Assembly: GCF_046119375.1 (NCBI RefSeq)
Contig: NW_027362761.1
Location: 253,022,001-253,086,000, forward strand
DNA: 64,000 nt
From: Phyllobates terribilis
Lineage: Eukaryota
Direction: 5' to 3'
Shown: positions 36,719 to 61,462 of the stretch, in pieces
Numbering within the stretch: position 1 is the stretch's first letter
Layout: each line of letters begins with the position of its first letter
Notes under the pieces: generated by a model
What the model saw: the letters and a program-made list of their open reading frames with translations, nothing else
What the model was told of the DNA's origin: nothing
Databases searched by the model: none
Program-made: the position numbers and the translations under genes

Positions 36719-39700
36719 CTGAAGAGAAAGGAAAGTTAAATAAAAATCTTGGTAAGATTTCCTTTTGTTTTTTTAATGCACATAAAATACAATGAGCTAT
36801 AGGGGGTATGGAGTCAGAACGATGGCTTCACTTCCATTGAAGTACACCTGTCCCAAGTGATTCTCTTTCTAAGGATAGAGTCAAAATCAGAGTTGCATCC
36901 AGAAAAGTGGGACGATATCTTTCTCACTTGTCATCCGTGTACTGTCCGTATACTATCGGTTTTTACAGCAGCAGCTATTAATCATTTACAGCTTCCTATG
37001 TTACAAAATTGCAATGTATCCATAAAAATCGGATGTTATACCGTGGCTCTGCATGACATCCGATTTTTTTCCCCCTCACACCCACAGACTTGAAGAGGCG
37101 AGTGTTATCCGATTTTCAGAGAAAAATTGTGCAGGCTGATTCCCCCCCCCCCCCCAGATTCAGTCAGTGAAAAAAATCGTTCATCTGCACTATTCTATTG
37201 AATAACATTGGTCCGAGTGCGATCTGTATTTTTTTAACACATTGCACTTGGACCGAGAATATGGTCGTGTGCACAATGGAATTTGTCAGCACAAAATGAC
37301 TACTCAAACCAATCAGATGCTCAGTGCACCCTTGGTGTAGCCAAATAGTTTATTGCACCGTCCCACCTACATGCATTTCATCTTTTCTATCTCTGCCTTT
37401 CTCTAGCTCCAGTAAAGCGAAAGCTGTCAATCAAGCAAGAGGGGAGGGAGCAGAGATTATTAGAAAACAAGTAGGCGGGAAGGTGTGCTTAACTGCTAGG
37501 CTATACCCAGGGTGTGTTTGGTTTGAACAGTCATTTAGTGCAGAGATTCTCTTTAATTACTTACTTGTGGCTATAGTGAGCCTCTGGGCAGAATGAAGGC
37601 TTGACACTTTCCATTTTTTAAATGGATTTATAGAAGGGATTTGAACTCCAAAAACGCTGTCTTCTCTGATTCCAATGTAAAATTATGATTTTAAGATTCC
37701 CAAGCTACTAGTCAGATCTAAGAGCTGACGTTTTCTTATTTTCCAGTAGAGGTAGACCATTATATAATCTGTGCCATTGTTCTTACCTGCACTGGAACAT
37801 AATTTACATTGATATACTGAAATGGGGTCCAAACTTTCCAGTTCATCTTTAGAGCTGACCAGTAGCTCTCCTTCAGTTTCCGATTCAGTGACTTCATGTT
37901 TTTACCCTGATGGATAAAATAAAAAAATATTTAGAAAAGATGTAATCATATTTCCCAACATGATAGTATGGAGCAAAGTATCCTACTTCTACCTCCTGCA
38001 TCGGGAGGGGACATCTATAGGTACCTCCTAGGTCTCATACACAAGAAGCAGGCATTGTGCACCTATGCTCTGTATTAAAATAGGACAGATGCAGGATACC
38101 TGCCGCCCTCAGATCAGACTGGAAAAGAGGAGTAGAAACACTTACTTCAAGAAAATTCATTACAATAAAGAAGAGAATTAGGAAAGCGGGAGCAATAATC
38201 AACCGGTCAAGGAGGAGGCGACGTAGTCCAGCCAGCGGCAGCGAGGAGGGCACCCACTGCTCCAGAAACAAATAGAAGTAATGGGACAGCGGCCCGGTGA
38301 AGAATAATCTGGGGGAAAGAATAGGTAACTTTACAAGTCGGCATAACTGAAACAGCTGACATATTAAGAAATGTTGGATTATATTTTTTAACTACACAAT
38401 TTGTATTGAACAGCAGATACTGCACCATAGTAAAAAGTCAGGAAGCAAGGCCATACATAGTCTTGCAAAAATGTGTTTGTTTTTTTATTGCCTCAAAATA
38501 ATGTTTCTTTGAAAATGGTCCTAACCCTTTAGTGCAGACCTGGGCAAACTGTGGCCAGTGAGCCACATCCAGCCCTCTGGCTGTTCCAAGTCTCGCCTGC
38601 AGATGGAGAGAGCCAAAGGGGTGAAACAGTTGGCCACGAGCCGCACCATGCCCTCGGCCACAATCCATCCGCCGCCTGCTGTCACCGCAATCAGCATGTT
38701 CGGGATACAGACAGCTGTGAATACATTGGTGGAGGATGAAGCTGCGGACTCCATCTTCCACCAAACAGCGTGCGAGATAGCAGTTGCAATGGCATCATTT
38801 CATCGCATCAACTGTACACTGCGGAGTCAGTCTCTGTGGGGGCTCATACTGTATAAAAGAGGCTCTGTGGGGGCTCACACTGTATAAAAGAGGCTCTGCG
38901 GGGGCTCACACTGTATAAAAGAGGCTCTGTGGGGGCTCATACTGTATACAAGAGTCTTTCTGGGGGCTCATACTGTATACAAGAGACTCTGTGGGGGCTC
39001 ATACTGTATACAAGAGACTCTGTGGGGGCTCATACTGTATACAAGAGGGTCTATGTGCAGGTTTATACTGTATAAGAGGCTATGTGGGGGCTCATACGGT
39101 ATATGGGGGATGTCAGCATACTTATTTTGGCTCAATATTAAGTGATATTAATTATTTTATGTTAATATTAATATTGAACAATTAATTTCAGCCTATTGGT
39201 TCGGACCTCCACAACAGTCAGTGTCTCTCATGTGGCCCCCCCAAGGGAAAATTTAATTGCCCACTCCTGCTTTAGTGTATACATGTCTCATGCACATGTA
39301 TGCGTCGCCATGGTGAGAGACCATATAAAACTTCTTTGTATTTGAAAAGATTGAATTAAATCATAGAACACATTGAGATGACCATCTCCCCTTTATGCTG
39401 TCGTTAGATAGGATTATATGGAAGACCTGTCGAAAACATTTTGAACCTAGTTGGAAAAGAGAATAATCACTAATAAGGAATCCCTAGCCGTTCACACTGT
39501 TCTTTGACCGGAGGCATGATGGCTGACCTGAAACCTCCAACTGAGAAATACCAGCAAGCTAATCTGCAGCCTGTAAAAGGTCAACTGGGCGCACACACGT
39601 GACATAGTAACAATTTCATTGCTGGAAGCTTATGAACAAGAGAAAAGAAAAGCATGCTAGGGCAAAAGATTTCACCATTTTAAATAGTTTTCCAGCAAAG

Positions 39701-42700
39701 TCAGAGGGCTAAGAATCCCATGGTCAGAAACATGTAAGCAGGCTACAGATGGATTTCTTCTGAATGCTCCTGGATTTACGAGTAATGTATAGTATATGCG
39801 TAATCAAATGCTGGACCTTTCTTCCTTCTATTATGAAGATCTCTCCCGTGTTTCAGCAGATCCATGCAAACAGACAACCTTACCCATATGCAGCAAATCG
39901 AAGTGGTGCCACCAGGTCAACGTTTTTCGGCAACGTTTTACATCGGCGTCTCCTTTCTATGCTCTGTGATAAAAGATTCCCCAATGCAGATAGAATTGCG
40001 CTGTAAATAAAAATGATGTTTCAATGTAAGTACAAAAAGCAGATTTCTACAATGATACAGATGTGTCCACACTTTATAAAACATCTTGATATACAGCCCC
40101 AAGTAACTGGCTCATTTGTCCGATGGGTAGAAATAATGAGCAGTCGTCTGCGGTTACAGGGATAAGTAAGATAAATTAGGGCAGCACGGTGGCTCAGTGG
40201 TTAGCACTGCAGCGCTGGGGTCCTGGGTTCAAATCCACCAAGGACAACATCTGCAAGGAGTTTGTATGTTCTCCCCGTGTTTGCATGCGTTTCCCCCGGG
40301 TTCTCTGGTTTCCTCCCACTCCAAAGACATACTGATAGGGAATTTACACTGCTCAAAAAAATAAAGGGAACGCTCAAATAACACATCCTAGATCTGAATG
40401 AATGAAATATTCTCATTGAATACTTTGTTCTGTACAAAGTTAAATGTGCTGACAACAAAATCACACAAAAATCATCAATGGAAATCAAATTTATTAACCA
40501 ATGGAGGCCTGGATTTGGAGTCACCCCAAAAATTAAAGTGGAAAAAGACACTACAGGCTGATCCAACTTTGATGTAATGTCCTTAAAACAAGTCAAAATG
40601 AGGCTCAGTATTGTGTGTGGCCTCCACGTGCCTGTATGACCTCCCTACAACGCCTGGGCATGCTCCTGATGAGGTTGCAGATGGTCTCCTGTGGGATCTC
40701 CTCCCAGACCTGGACTAAAGCATCCGCCAACTCCTGGACAGTCTGTGGTGCAACGTCAGGTGGATTGTGGGAGACATGATGTCCCAGATGTGCTCAATCG
40801 GATTCAGGTCTGGGGAACGGGCGGGCCAGTCCATAGCTTCAATGCCTTCATCTTGCAGGAACTGCTGACACACTCCAGCCACATGATGTCTGGCATTGTC
40901 TTGCATTAGGAGGAACCCAGGGCCAACCGCACCAGCATTTGGTCTCACAAGGGGTCTGAGGATCTCATCTCGGTACCTAATGGCAGTCAGGCTACCTTTG
41001 GCGAGCACATGGAGGACTGTGCGGCCCTCCAAAGAAATGCCACCCCACATCATTACTGACCCACTGCCAAACCGGTTATGCTGAAGGATGTTGCAGGCAG
41101 GAGATCACTCTCCACGGCGTCTCCAGACTCTGTCACGTCTGTCACATGTGCTCAGTGTGAACCTGCTTTCATCTGTGAAGAGCACAGCCTCTGGACACTA
41201 TGCTGACAGACACCGCAAACCTTCTTGCCACAGCTCACATTGATGTGCCATCCTGGATGATCTGCACTACCTGAGCAACTTCTGTGGGTTGTAGAGTCCG
41301 TCTCATGCTACCACGAGTGTGAAAGCACAACCAACATTCAAAAGTGACCAAAACATCAGCCAGAAAGCATTGGTACTGAGATGTGGTCTATGGTCCCCAC
41401 CTGCAGAACCACTCCTTTATTGGGGGTGTCTTGATAATTGCCAATAATTTCCATCTATTGTCTATTCCATTTGAACAGCATGTGAAATTGATTGTCAATC
41501 AGTGTTGCTTCCTAAGTGGATAGTTTGATTTCACAGAAGTGTTATTGACTTGGAGTTATATTCCGTTGTTTAAGTGTTCCCTTTATTTTTTTGAGCAGTG
41601 TAGATTGTGAGCCCCAATGGGGACAGTGAAGATAATGTATGTAAAGTGCTGCGGAATTAATGGCGCTATATAAATGAGTAAAATAAAAATAAGATGTATG
41701 TCACTTGTCATAATAGGCCGAGCGCTCAAGTACTCATGCAAGTTATCATGATCCGTTGCAATCGTCTCCAGGTGTAAATATCCATAGATGGCATTTACAC
41801 ACAGCGAAAATGGACGATTCAATGGTCCTGCAGTTAAGAATGATGTTGCATGCATGCATCACAAGCACGCTTCCTACTGGATCATTAGTGATCATCAAGC
41901 AAACTGGTGGATTGTCTGCTTGGAATCTAATGCACAATTCATGCCAAAATCCATGTGACATCAGAAGACAACATACGTTTTCCATTTCCTCAATCTCATT
42001 CACAGAAAGTCTGCACGCAGATATGTGCATTATCGGGATCAAATCCGGCTTCATATACACTACGTGGGTCCACATTACGCCTACAGGAGCTTTACTGATC
42101 TCCCATTCTAAAACCATAGGCATTAATGTGGAGCTGGTCCTCGCCAATGAAGCTATAACAGCTTCTTCTTATGGGAAGACTTTCTACAAGATTTTGCAGT
42201 GTGTCTGTGGGAATTTTTTACCATTAATCCATAAAATCATTTATTAGTGATGTTGGGTGAGAGAATCATAGAATGGTAGAGTTGGAAGGGACCTCCAGGG
42301 TCATAGTGTCCAACTCCCTGCTCAATGCAGGATTCACTAAACCATCTCAAACAGAGAGGGCTCACATCACCATTCTAGTTCATCCCAAAGGGGTTTGATG
42401 GGATTGAGGTCAGGACTATGGGCCAGCCACGTTCTTTGACACCAAACTCACCCAACCATGCCGTTATGGACCCTGCCCTGTGCACTGGGGATCAGTCATG
42501 AAGGAACAGAGAAGGGCCTTCCCCAAACTGTGCCCACCACATTGGAAGCTACAATTGTCCAAAATGTCTTGGGATGTTGAAGTATTAAGATTTCCCTTTA
42601 TTGAAACTAAGAGGCCTAAACCAACCCCTGAAAAACAAATCCATAGCATTACCCCTCCTCCACCAAAACTTACAGTTGGCACAATGCAGTCAGGCAAGTA

Positions 42701-44200
42701 ACGTTCTCCCGGCATAAGCCAAAATCACTCATCCATCAGATGCCAGATAGAGAAGCGCTATTGGTCATTCCACAGAAAACATTTCCACTACTGCTGTGCT
42801 TTATACTACTCCATCTGGCACTTGGCATTGTGCTTGGTGATATAAGGCTTGTATGCAGCTGCTCGGCTAGAAAACTCGGGGTGCAGTTTGTGCTGATGTT
42901 AATAACAGAGGAGGTCTGGTCTCCACTTATTGTGTCAGTAGAGCGATGGGGACTTTTCTGCCTTATGCAGCCCTGTGCTTTAACTTTATGTGACCCGTCT
43001 CTCACGCTTCCACTTATCTATAGCACCACTGATTGCGGATTGTGGAGTACTTAGGATGGAAGAAAATTCAGACTACAACAATGGCGCCTATACAGGACCA
43101 CGCTGGTATCACGTGAGATCTTTACCTCCTGTCACATAAGGTAGTAAAGACTGGTTTCTGGGCTGTACTTTATGCACACAGGGCAATGGCACTGAATGAA
43201 GAACCTGAATTCCCATTTCCGATACTTTTCTCCATATAGTCTATGTTGTAAACATTTCTAAAATGGAAATACCCATTCTGCGGCTGTTTATGTGTGGTGG
43301 GCGTGGGTCTCTGCACCCCCATAGTCATCTAGAGCAGACTGCTGACTAGCAGGGCTGTGGAGTTGGAGTCAGTATAAAATGGACCGACTCAAACTCCTAA
43401 TATATATAATAAATTGGGTACAGTAGTTCAATGCAGTTTGTGGGGAATATTTTTTCATAAGAATTTGGGAAAGTTATGAAATGTCCTATTCCTGATCTAA
43501 GGGTCTAGACCAGTGTTTCCCAAACCCCATCCTCACGGCCCCCCACAGGTCATGTTTTCAAGATTTCCATGGTATTGCACAGGTGATGGAAGTATCATAA
43601 AGGTATCAGGAATTCTCTCACCTGTGCAATACTAAGGAGATCCTGAAAACATGACCTGTGGGGGCCATGAGGATGGGGTTTGGGAAACACTGGTCTAGAC
43701 TTTTAACGGATATATATCTGTGCTGCAGTAAATTTATCATTAAACATGAGCCATGTATGAGGGAGTCGGAGGTTTGGCTTACTGACTCCACAGCCCCAGC
43801 ACCTTCTGTGATCATCCCAGCACATCAGACTGACTAATCCCCATGGATCGGGATGGGATTGATAGGACTGTAACTTATCACAGTCAGGGCTTAGTTACTA
43901 TCATTTCATATGCAGCAACATAGAATTCTGTTGCAGAGTTTGTGTACGATTCATAAAGTCTACAGACGAGATCCCTCCAGATTTGGGGTCATGACGCCGA
44001 TCACTAGGAGAAGCGATCAGCACTGGCAGGACTACAGCTCCCTGCATGTCCGGGCACGTCAGTGCTGGCAGGCTACATTACCTGGTCAGCGCCTTGGTAA
44101 GGACAGGACGGCTGTGCAGCAGCTGCAGGTAGGTCCGCAGGAGCACTGTGTGCTGGGGCATGCTGCGGGGCTCAGGGATCGGTTTGGATGCAAGCGGCAT
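36650..44200 (-). CDS. PXMP2: Peroxisomal membrane protein 2 (Mpv17/PMP22 family; complete, 195 aa)
   Basis: join(complement 44082-44200, 39884-40000, 38146-38308, 37787-37906, 36650-36718) = 588 nt; [41 protein letters not shown]...[43 protein letters not shown]; all GT-AG; head-to-head with POLE as in mammals. Confidence 0.97.
37787..37906 (-). CDS. PXMP2: PXMP2 exon 4
   Basis: [40 protein letters not shown]|GTAAGA. Confidence 0.96.
38146..38308 (-). CDS. PXMP2: PXMP2 exon 3
   Basis: [54 protein letters not shown]|GTAAGT. Confidence 0.96.
38535..39269. mobile_element. Non-autonomous hAT element with internal 31-bp tandem repeat (PXMP2 intron 2)
   Basis: 8-bp TSD CTTTAGTG on both sides; CAGACCTGGGCAAA ... 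TTGCCCACTCCTG; about 8 copies of CTGTGGGGGCTCATACTGTATAAAAGAGGCT at 38834-39100. Confidence 0.85.
39884..40000 (-). CDS. PXMP2: PXMP2 exon 2
   Basis: [39 protein letters not shown]; CAG|...|GTAAGG. Confidence 0.95.
40179..41690 (+). mobile_element. V-SINE-like tRNA-derived SINE (40179-40346 and 41601-41690) split by a Tc1 insertion
   Basis: A box TGGCTCAGTGG 40190-40200, B box GGTTCAAATCC 40226-40236, V-domain-like GTTCTCCCCGTGTTTGC..GGTTTCCTCCCAC, A-rich tail. Confidence 0.8.
40347..41600 (-). mobile_element. Internally deleted Tc1-like DD34E element (same family as 19071 and 62864)
   Basis: TA flanks; CACTGCTCAAAAAAATAAAGGGAAC termini; ORF 40715-41053 [19 protein letters not shown]; distinct native 5' end at 41340-41600. 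Confidence 0.92.
42100..43080 (-). mobile_element. Degenerate Tc1-like transposase remnant
   Basis: ORF 42464-42715 [18 protein letters not shown]; boundaries approximate. Confidence 0.7.
42262..42355 (-). mobile_element. CR1 3'-end fragment
   Basis: AGAATCATAGAATGGTAGAGTTGGAAGGGACC is the reverse complement of a CR1 (ATTCTRTG)n-type tail. Confidence 0.65.
43511..43692. mobile_element. hAT MITE (palindromic)
   Basis: 8-bp TSD GTCTAGAC both sides; CAGTGTTTCCCAAACCCC ... GGGGTTTGGGAAACACTG. Confidence 0.88.
44082..44200 (-). CDS. PXMP2: PXMP2 exon 1
   Basis: [40 protein letters not shown]|GTAATG. Confidence 0.93.
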
Positions 44201-44847
44201 AGTTGCACTAACCACCTGCTCCAGCTGTCAGTAGGTGTGGAGAGGGGACCCTGACTCCGCCTACGTAACTATGGCAACCGCCTGGACTCTCCGGAGTGCG
44301 ACATCAGACGGAAACTGAAGAGTCCGGTATGGAGCAGCAATGACACATGGGTAGGGCAGCGTCTAGAGCGAAGGTTTTATTTTATTTTTTTTTTTTTAAA
44401 GGGGGTTGACGTCACCGGAAAGGGCGGGGCATCCCCAGTCCAGGTCAGATCTGATTCCAGAGCGCAGGTACCGGCCTGGACTGTAGGAGGCCCCGCCCCT
44501 TCCGGTGACATTTTCCTCAAAATGAATGAACCCTTATTTTAGCTGCTACCCTGCTGAAGAAGCGCGTAGACCACCATGAAGACATACATGCAGCCGCTTC
44601 ATGTTTCCAACTCAAGTCCAGTGTGATACATAAGTGGCAATCCCTAACAAAACAGCGTGCTGATTGGCTTTTACTAGGGTACTTGAAATCTGATTGGTAG
44701 ACTGTTACGCGACAGACATTGGATGGAGGCAAACAGAGCTCTCCTCTGATTGGCTGTGCAGAGTAAAGGGACCTCCCTGAAGTAGGCGGAGCTTGAGCGG
44801 CACCAGGCGGGAATTGCTTAGCGCGGGAAATACGGTGCTGTGCCGGG
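44201..44847. promoter_or_regulatory. Bidirectional promoter of PXMP2 and POLE
   Basis: 647 bp between divergent ATGs. Four reverse CCAAT boxes (ATTGG at 44663, 44693, 44718, 44749); E2F-type GGCGGGAA 44806-44813 and GCGGGAAA 44823-44830; GC boxes near 44421 and 44491; X-box-like GTAACTATGGCAAC 44265-44278. Confidence 0.85.
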
Positions 44848-57456
<12,609 letters not shown>

Positions 57457-57628
57457 TAAAATGAAGACACTGTTGGGTTTTAATAACAAATATAGAGCAG
57501 CCAATTTACAGTAGTTAAAAAGATGAATGTTTTTTTTCACTCACTTTTGGTTGTCATGTGGCAATGGCTATCATTGTAGGAGACATCCCTCTCCCCTCTC
57601 CGTAAAAATCAATATATTGACATGATAT

Positions 57629-58126
57629 TGTTCGGGATAGTCTCTCAGGTAGACGCTGTTGCATACACAGGGGTCTGGTTCAGAAGAAACGTACAGTTTA
57701 TTGAATGTCCATAAACTGCCCAGCTTAACAAACGAAGACAACCTCTTCTAGGTACAAAAGGTATAATGGCACCAAAGTGGAAAATGAGCAGTCCACACAT
57801 AGCATGGGCTCACCCGCATAAATGTCAGACCGTCACTAAGCCTCTAGCAGACAGAGCCATACCAGCAAGGTCTTTTCACCTTGCACACAACGCACTAATG
57901 ATACAGCTGGACTTCTTTATCTGACGTTTCACCCCCCTGGGCGTAGGGTTATGTGAGCAGCCAGTCCCACCCATCTCTTTGCTGCTCATAAACCCGGCCC
58001 TGGACACGCCCTATTAACTCAGCACTATGCGTACTGGAGCCTGCTTTTCCGGGCTTACATCACTGAGGCTACCTGCCTTGATGATGCATATCTGCCCTCA
58101 AGGACCTGTCCAGCGGCCATCTTACA
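57629..58126 (-). mobile_element. Possible solo LTR
   Basis: TG...CA ends (TGTTCGGG / CATCTTACA) and an AATAAA on the minus strand near 57697; no matching TSD found. Confidence 0.3.
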
Positions 58127-58281
58127 GTATATAAAAGATTAAATATATGTGCAGTGCATCATGGAATGGTGTATAGAGCATTAGGGTATCAAACACAGCA
58201 ACAATGGAGCAGTAATTCATAGTACTTGGGATGAGAAGATCAACCCTTCATTGAATCTTGAGGGATGTGGAATGGAAGATC

Positions 58282-58489
58282 GCTGATCTAACCTCCCTAG
58301 CTGATCTAACCTCCCTAGCTGATCTAACCTCCCTAGCTGATCTAACCTCCCTAGCTGATCTAACCTCCCTAGCTGATCTAACCTCCCTAGCTGATCTAAC
58401 CTCCCTAGCTGATCTAACCTCCCTAGCTGATCTAACCTCCCTAGCTGATCTAACCTCCCTAGCTGATCTAACCTCCCTAGCTGATCTAA
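58282..58489. repeat. 18-bp tandem repeat, about 11.5 perfect copies
   Basis: (GCTGATCTAACCTCCCTA)n. Confidence 0.97.
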
Positions 58490-59123
58490 ATTCACTAACA
58501 CAGAGTCTGACACTAACGGCTCTCATTTCTCTCTCCCCTATCAATTCAATCTCTGTAATATTCACAAACTCTATTCATCTTCACTGATGTAGAGTATTTG
58601 TCTAATGTTTTAGGACTTTATCTCCCTATCTCTGCTGCAGGACATGGACTCTGATGTGATGACCTCTTTATTGTTCTAAAATGGATATTAAATTCTTTCT
58701 CAGTTTTTATTTGGGATAGGGGAGTCACTCTTAAAGGGGTTGTCCACTACTAGGACAACCCCTTTCTTGATCTAAATGTTTGGCCCCGATTTAAAATAAA
58801 AAAAGCTTATACTCCCCTTCCGTTCCCGCGTTGTTTCAGCGGTGTCACCACTCGCGGGCCTGGGGCTCTCGTGCGGTTGTTGTGACACGTGAGACTGCAC
58901 GGTGAGTAGCAAAGATGCAGGATTCATCCTCATCATTTTCTAAAATGACACTTAGTTTTAGGTTATGTTCATATGCTGCATTTTTGCAGGTATTTTTTTT
59001 CTACGGCCACGACCTGCTCTTCTGGCAGTAAAAACACTGCATTCAAAACTCGCTTTTTTGGCGTTTTTTTTCCTTACAGTGGTTTTTGGGTTTGGATTTT
59101 GTGTATACTTTGTCTACAGTATA

Positions 59124-60753
59124 CAGTACATACCAAAAGTTTGGACACACCTTCTCATTTAAAGATTTTTCTGTATTTTCATGACTATGAAAATTGTACA
59201 TTCACACTGAAGGCATCAAAACTATGAATTAACACATGTGGAATTATATATTTAACAAAAAAGTGTGAAACAACTGAAAATATGTCTTATATTCTAGGTT
59301 CTTCAAAGTAGCCACCTTTTGCTTTGATGACTGCTTTGCTCACTCTTGGCATTCTCTTGATGAGCTTCAAGAGGTAGTCACCGGAAATGGTCTTCCAACA
59401 ATCTTGAAGGAGTTCCCAGAGATGCTTAGCACTTGTTGGCCCTTTTGCCTTCACTCTGCGGTCCAGCTCACCCCAAAACATCTGGATTGGGTTCAGGTCT
59501 GGTGACTGTGGAGGCCAGGTCATCTGGCGTAGCACCCCATCACTCTCCTTCTTGGTCAAATAGCCCTTACACAGCCTGGAGGTGTGTTTGGGGTCATTGT
59601 CCTGTTGAAAAATAAATGATGGTCCAACTAAACGCAAACCGGATGGAATAGCATGCCGCTGCAAGATGCTGTGGTAGCCATGCTGGTTCAGTATGCCTTC
59701 AATTTTGAATAAATCCCCAACAGTGTCACCAGCAAAGCACCCCCACACCATCACACCTCCTACTCCATGCTTCACGGTGGGAACCAGGCATGTAGAGTCC
59801 ACCCGTTCACCTTTTCTGCGTCGCACAAATACACGGTGGTTGGAACCAAAGATCTCAAATTTGGACTCATCAGACCAAAGCACAGATTTCCACTGGTCTA
59901 ATGTCCATTCCTTCCGTTCTTTAGCCCAAACAAGTCTCTTCTGCTTGTTGCCTGTCCTTAGCAGTGGTTTCCTAGCAGCTATTTTACCATGAAGGCCTGC
60001 TGCACAAAGTCTCCTCTTAACAGTTGTTGAAGAGATGTGTCTGCTGCTAGAACTCTGTGTGGCATTGACCTGGTCTCTAATCTGAGCTGCTGTTAACCTG
60101 CGATTTCTGAGGCTGGTGACTCGGATAAACTTATCCTCAGAAGCAGAGGAGACTCTTGGTCTTCCTTTCCTGGGGCGGTCCTCATGTGAGCCAGTTTCTT
60201 TGTAGCGCTTGATGGTTTTTGCAACTGCACTTGGGGACGCTTTCAAAGTTTTCCCAATTTTTCGCACTGACTGACCTTCATTTCTTAAAGTAATGATGGC
60301 CACTCGTTTTTCTTTACTTAGCTGCTTTTTTCTTGCCATAATACAAATTCTAACAGTCTATTCAGTAGGGCTATCAGCTGTGTATCCACCAGACTTCTGC
60401 ACAACACAACTGATGGTCCCAACCCCATTTATAAGGCAAGAAATCCCAATTATTAAACCTGACAGGGCACACCTATGAAGTGAAAACCATTTCCTGTGAC
60501 TACCTCTTGAAGCTCATCAAGAGAATGCCAAGAGTGAGCAAAGCAGTCATCAAAGCAAAAGGTGGCTACTTTGAAGAACCTAGAATATAAGACATATTTT
60601 CAGTTGTTTCACGCTTTTTTGTTAAGTATATAATTCCACATGTGTTAATTCATAGTTTTGATGCCTTCAGTGTGAATGTACAATTTTCATGGTCATGAAA
60701 ATACAGAAAAATCTTTAAATGAGAAGGTGTGTCCAAACTTTTGGTCTGTACTG
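59124..60753 (-). mobile_element. Full-length Tc1-like DD38E (Intruder-type) transposon (POLE intron 13)
   Basis: TA flanks; ~260-bp TIRs starting CAGTACA(T/G)ACCAAAAGTTTGGACAC that include the last transposase codons; 1630 bp. Confidence 0.96.
59287..60339 (-). CDS. Tc1-family transposase, uninterrupted 350-aa ORF, third catalytic residue E->Q
   Basis: Paired-like [20 protein letters not shown]..38 aa..NPIQMFW. Confidence 0.93.
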   Translation of the reverse strand: MARKKQLSKEKRVAIITLRNEGQSVRKIGKTLKASPSAVAKTIKRYKETGSHEDRPRKGRPRVSSASEDKFIRVTSLRNRRLTAAQIRDQVNATQSSSSRHISSTTVKRRLCAAGLHGKIAARKPLLRTGNKQKRLVWAKERKEWTLDQWKSVLWSDESKFEIFGSNHRVFVRRRKGERVDSTCLVPTVKHGVGGVMVWGCFAGDTVGDLFKIEGILNQHGYHSILQRHAIPSGLRLVGPSFIFQQDNDPKHTSRLCKGYLTKKESDGVLRQMTWPPQSPDLNPIQMFWGELDRRVKAKGPTSAKHLWELLQDCWKTISGDYLLKLIKRMPRVSKAVIKAKGGYFEEPRI

Positions 60754-61462
60754 TATGTTTAATAAAAATTTTAGTTTTAGTCACTAACAAAAGCTTCAAA
60801 AACGCAGTTGTGTTTTTTTGTAACTTTTTTTTTTTTCACTTCATTGCTCTCTATGGGTGAAAAAACGCTGCATAATTGCTGAATGAATTGACATGCGGCA
60901 GATCTGAAAAATGCTGCAGTTCTCACTGTCAGAAAAAATAAAACAAGCGTGTGCAGGAGATTTCTGAAATCTCATAGCTTTTGTTGGCACTGTAAATGCA
61001 GCTTTTAATTTCATTTTGTATGAAAAAAATACAGCAAAGAATACGCTGTATGTGAACATTGCCTTATTCTTCTGATTAAACTGTTTCAAATGTGTAGCTG
61101 TTTAGAAGTGAAATTTGATTGTCCTTTAACGATCTGATCACATGCAGTAAGACCTGAATATTGGCTCTGTGAAAATGAGAGGAAGAGGGCTTAAACTCTT
61201 GTGCACCTATTGGATGTAGCAGTCCTAAAAATTAATATCGACTTTCTAATAGGCCTTGCCACATGACGTATGATAAGAAGCCAAGCAAGACAATCCATTT
61301 GCAGACAAGTGTTTTGGGGTGTTTGACCCTCATTAGTGCAAAGCAAGAGGTCTGATTTGGCTAGATGAAAGGAACATTTCTCATTGTGGAGAGTGCCACA
61401 TCAGCGTAAGGAGACTGCTAGGCCTTACAATGCTCCTTTTGGGAATTTTAAATATGATGTTA

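Noticed and set aside
38438-38887. Cluster of overlapping 60-109 aa ORFs
   Set aside because: Fall inside a non-autonomous hAT element bounded by an 8-bp TSD; no protein motifs.
58217-58587. Three repetitive ORFs (LDQLGR, EVRSAR, ADLTSL)
   Set aside because: Translations of the 18-bp VNTR in different frames.
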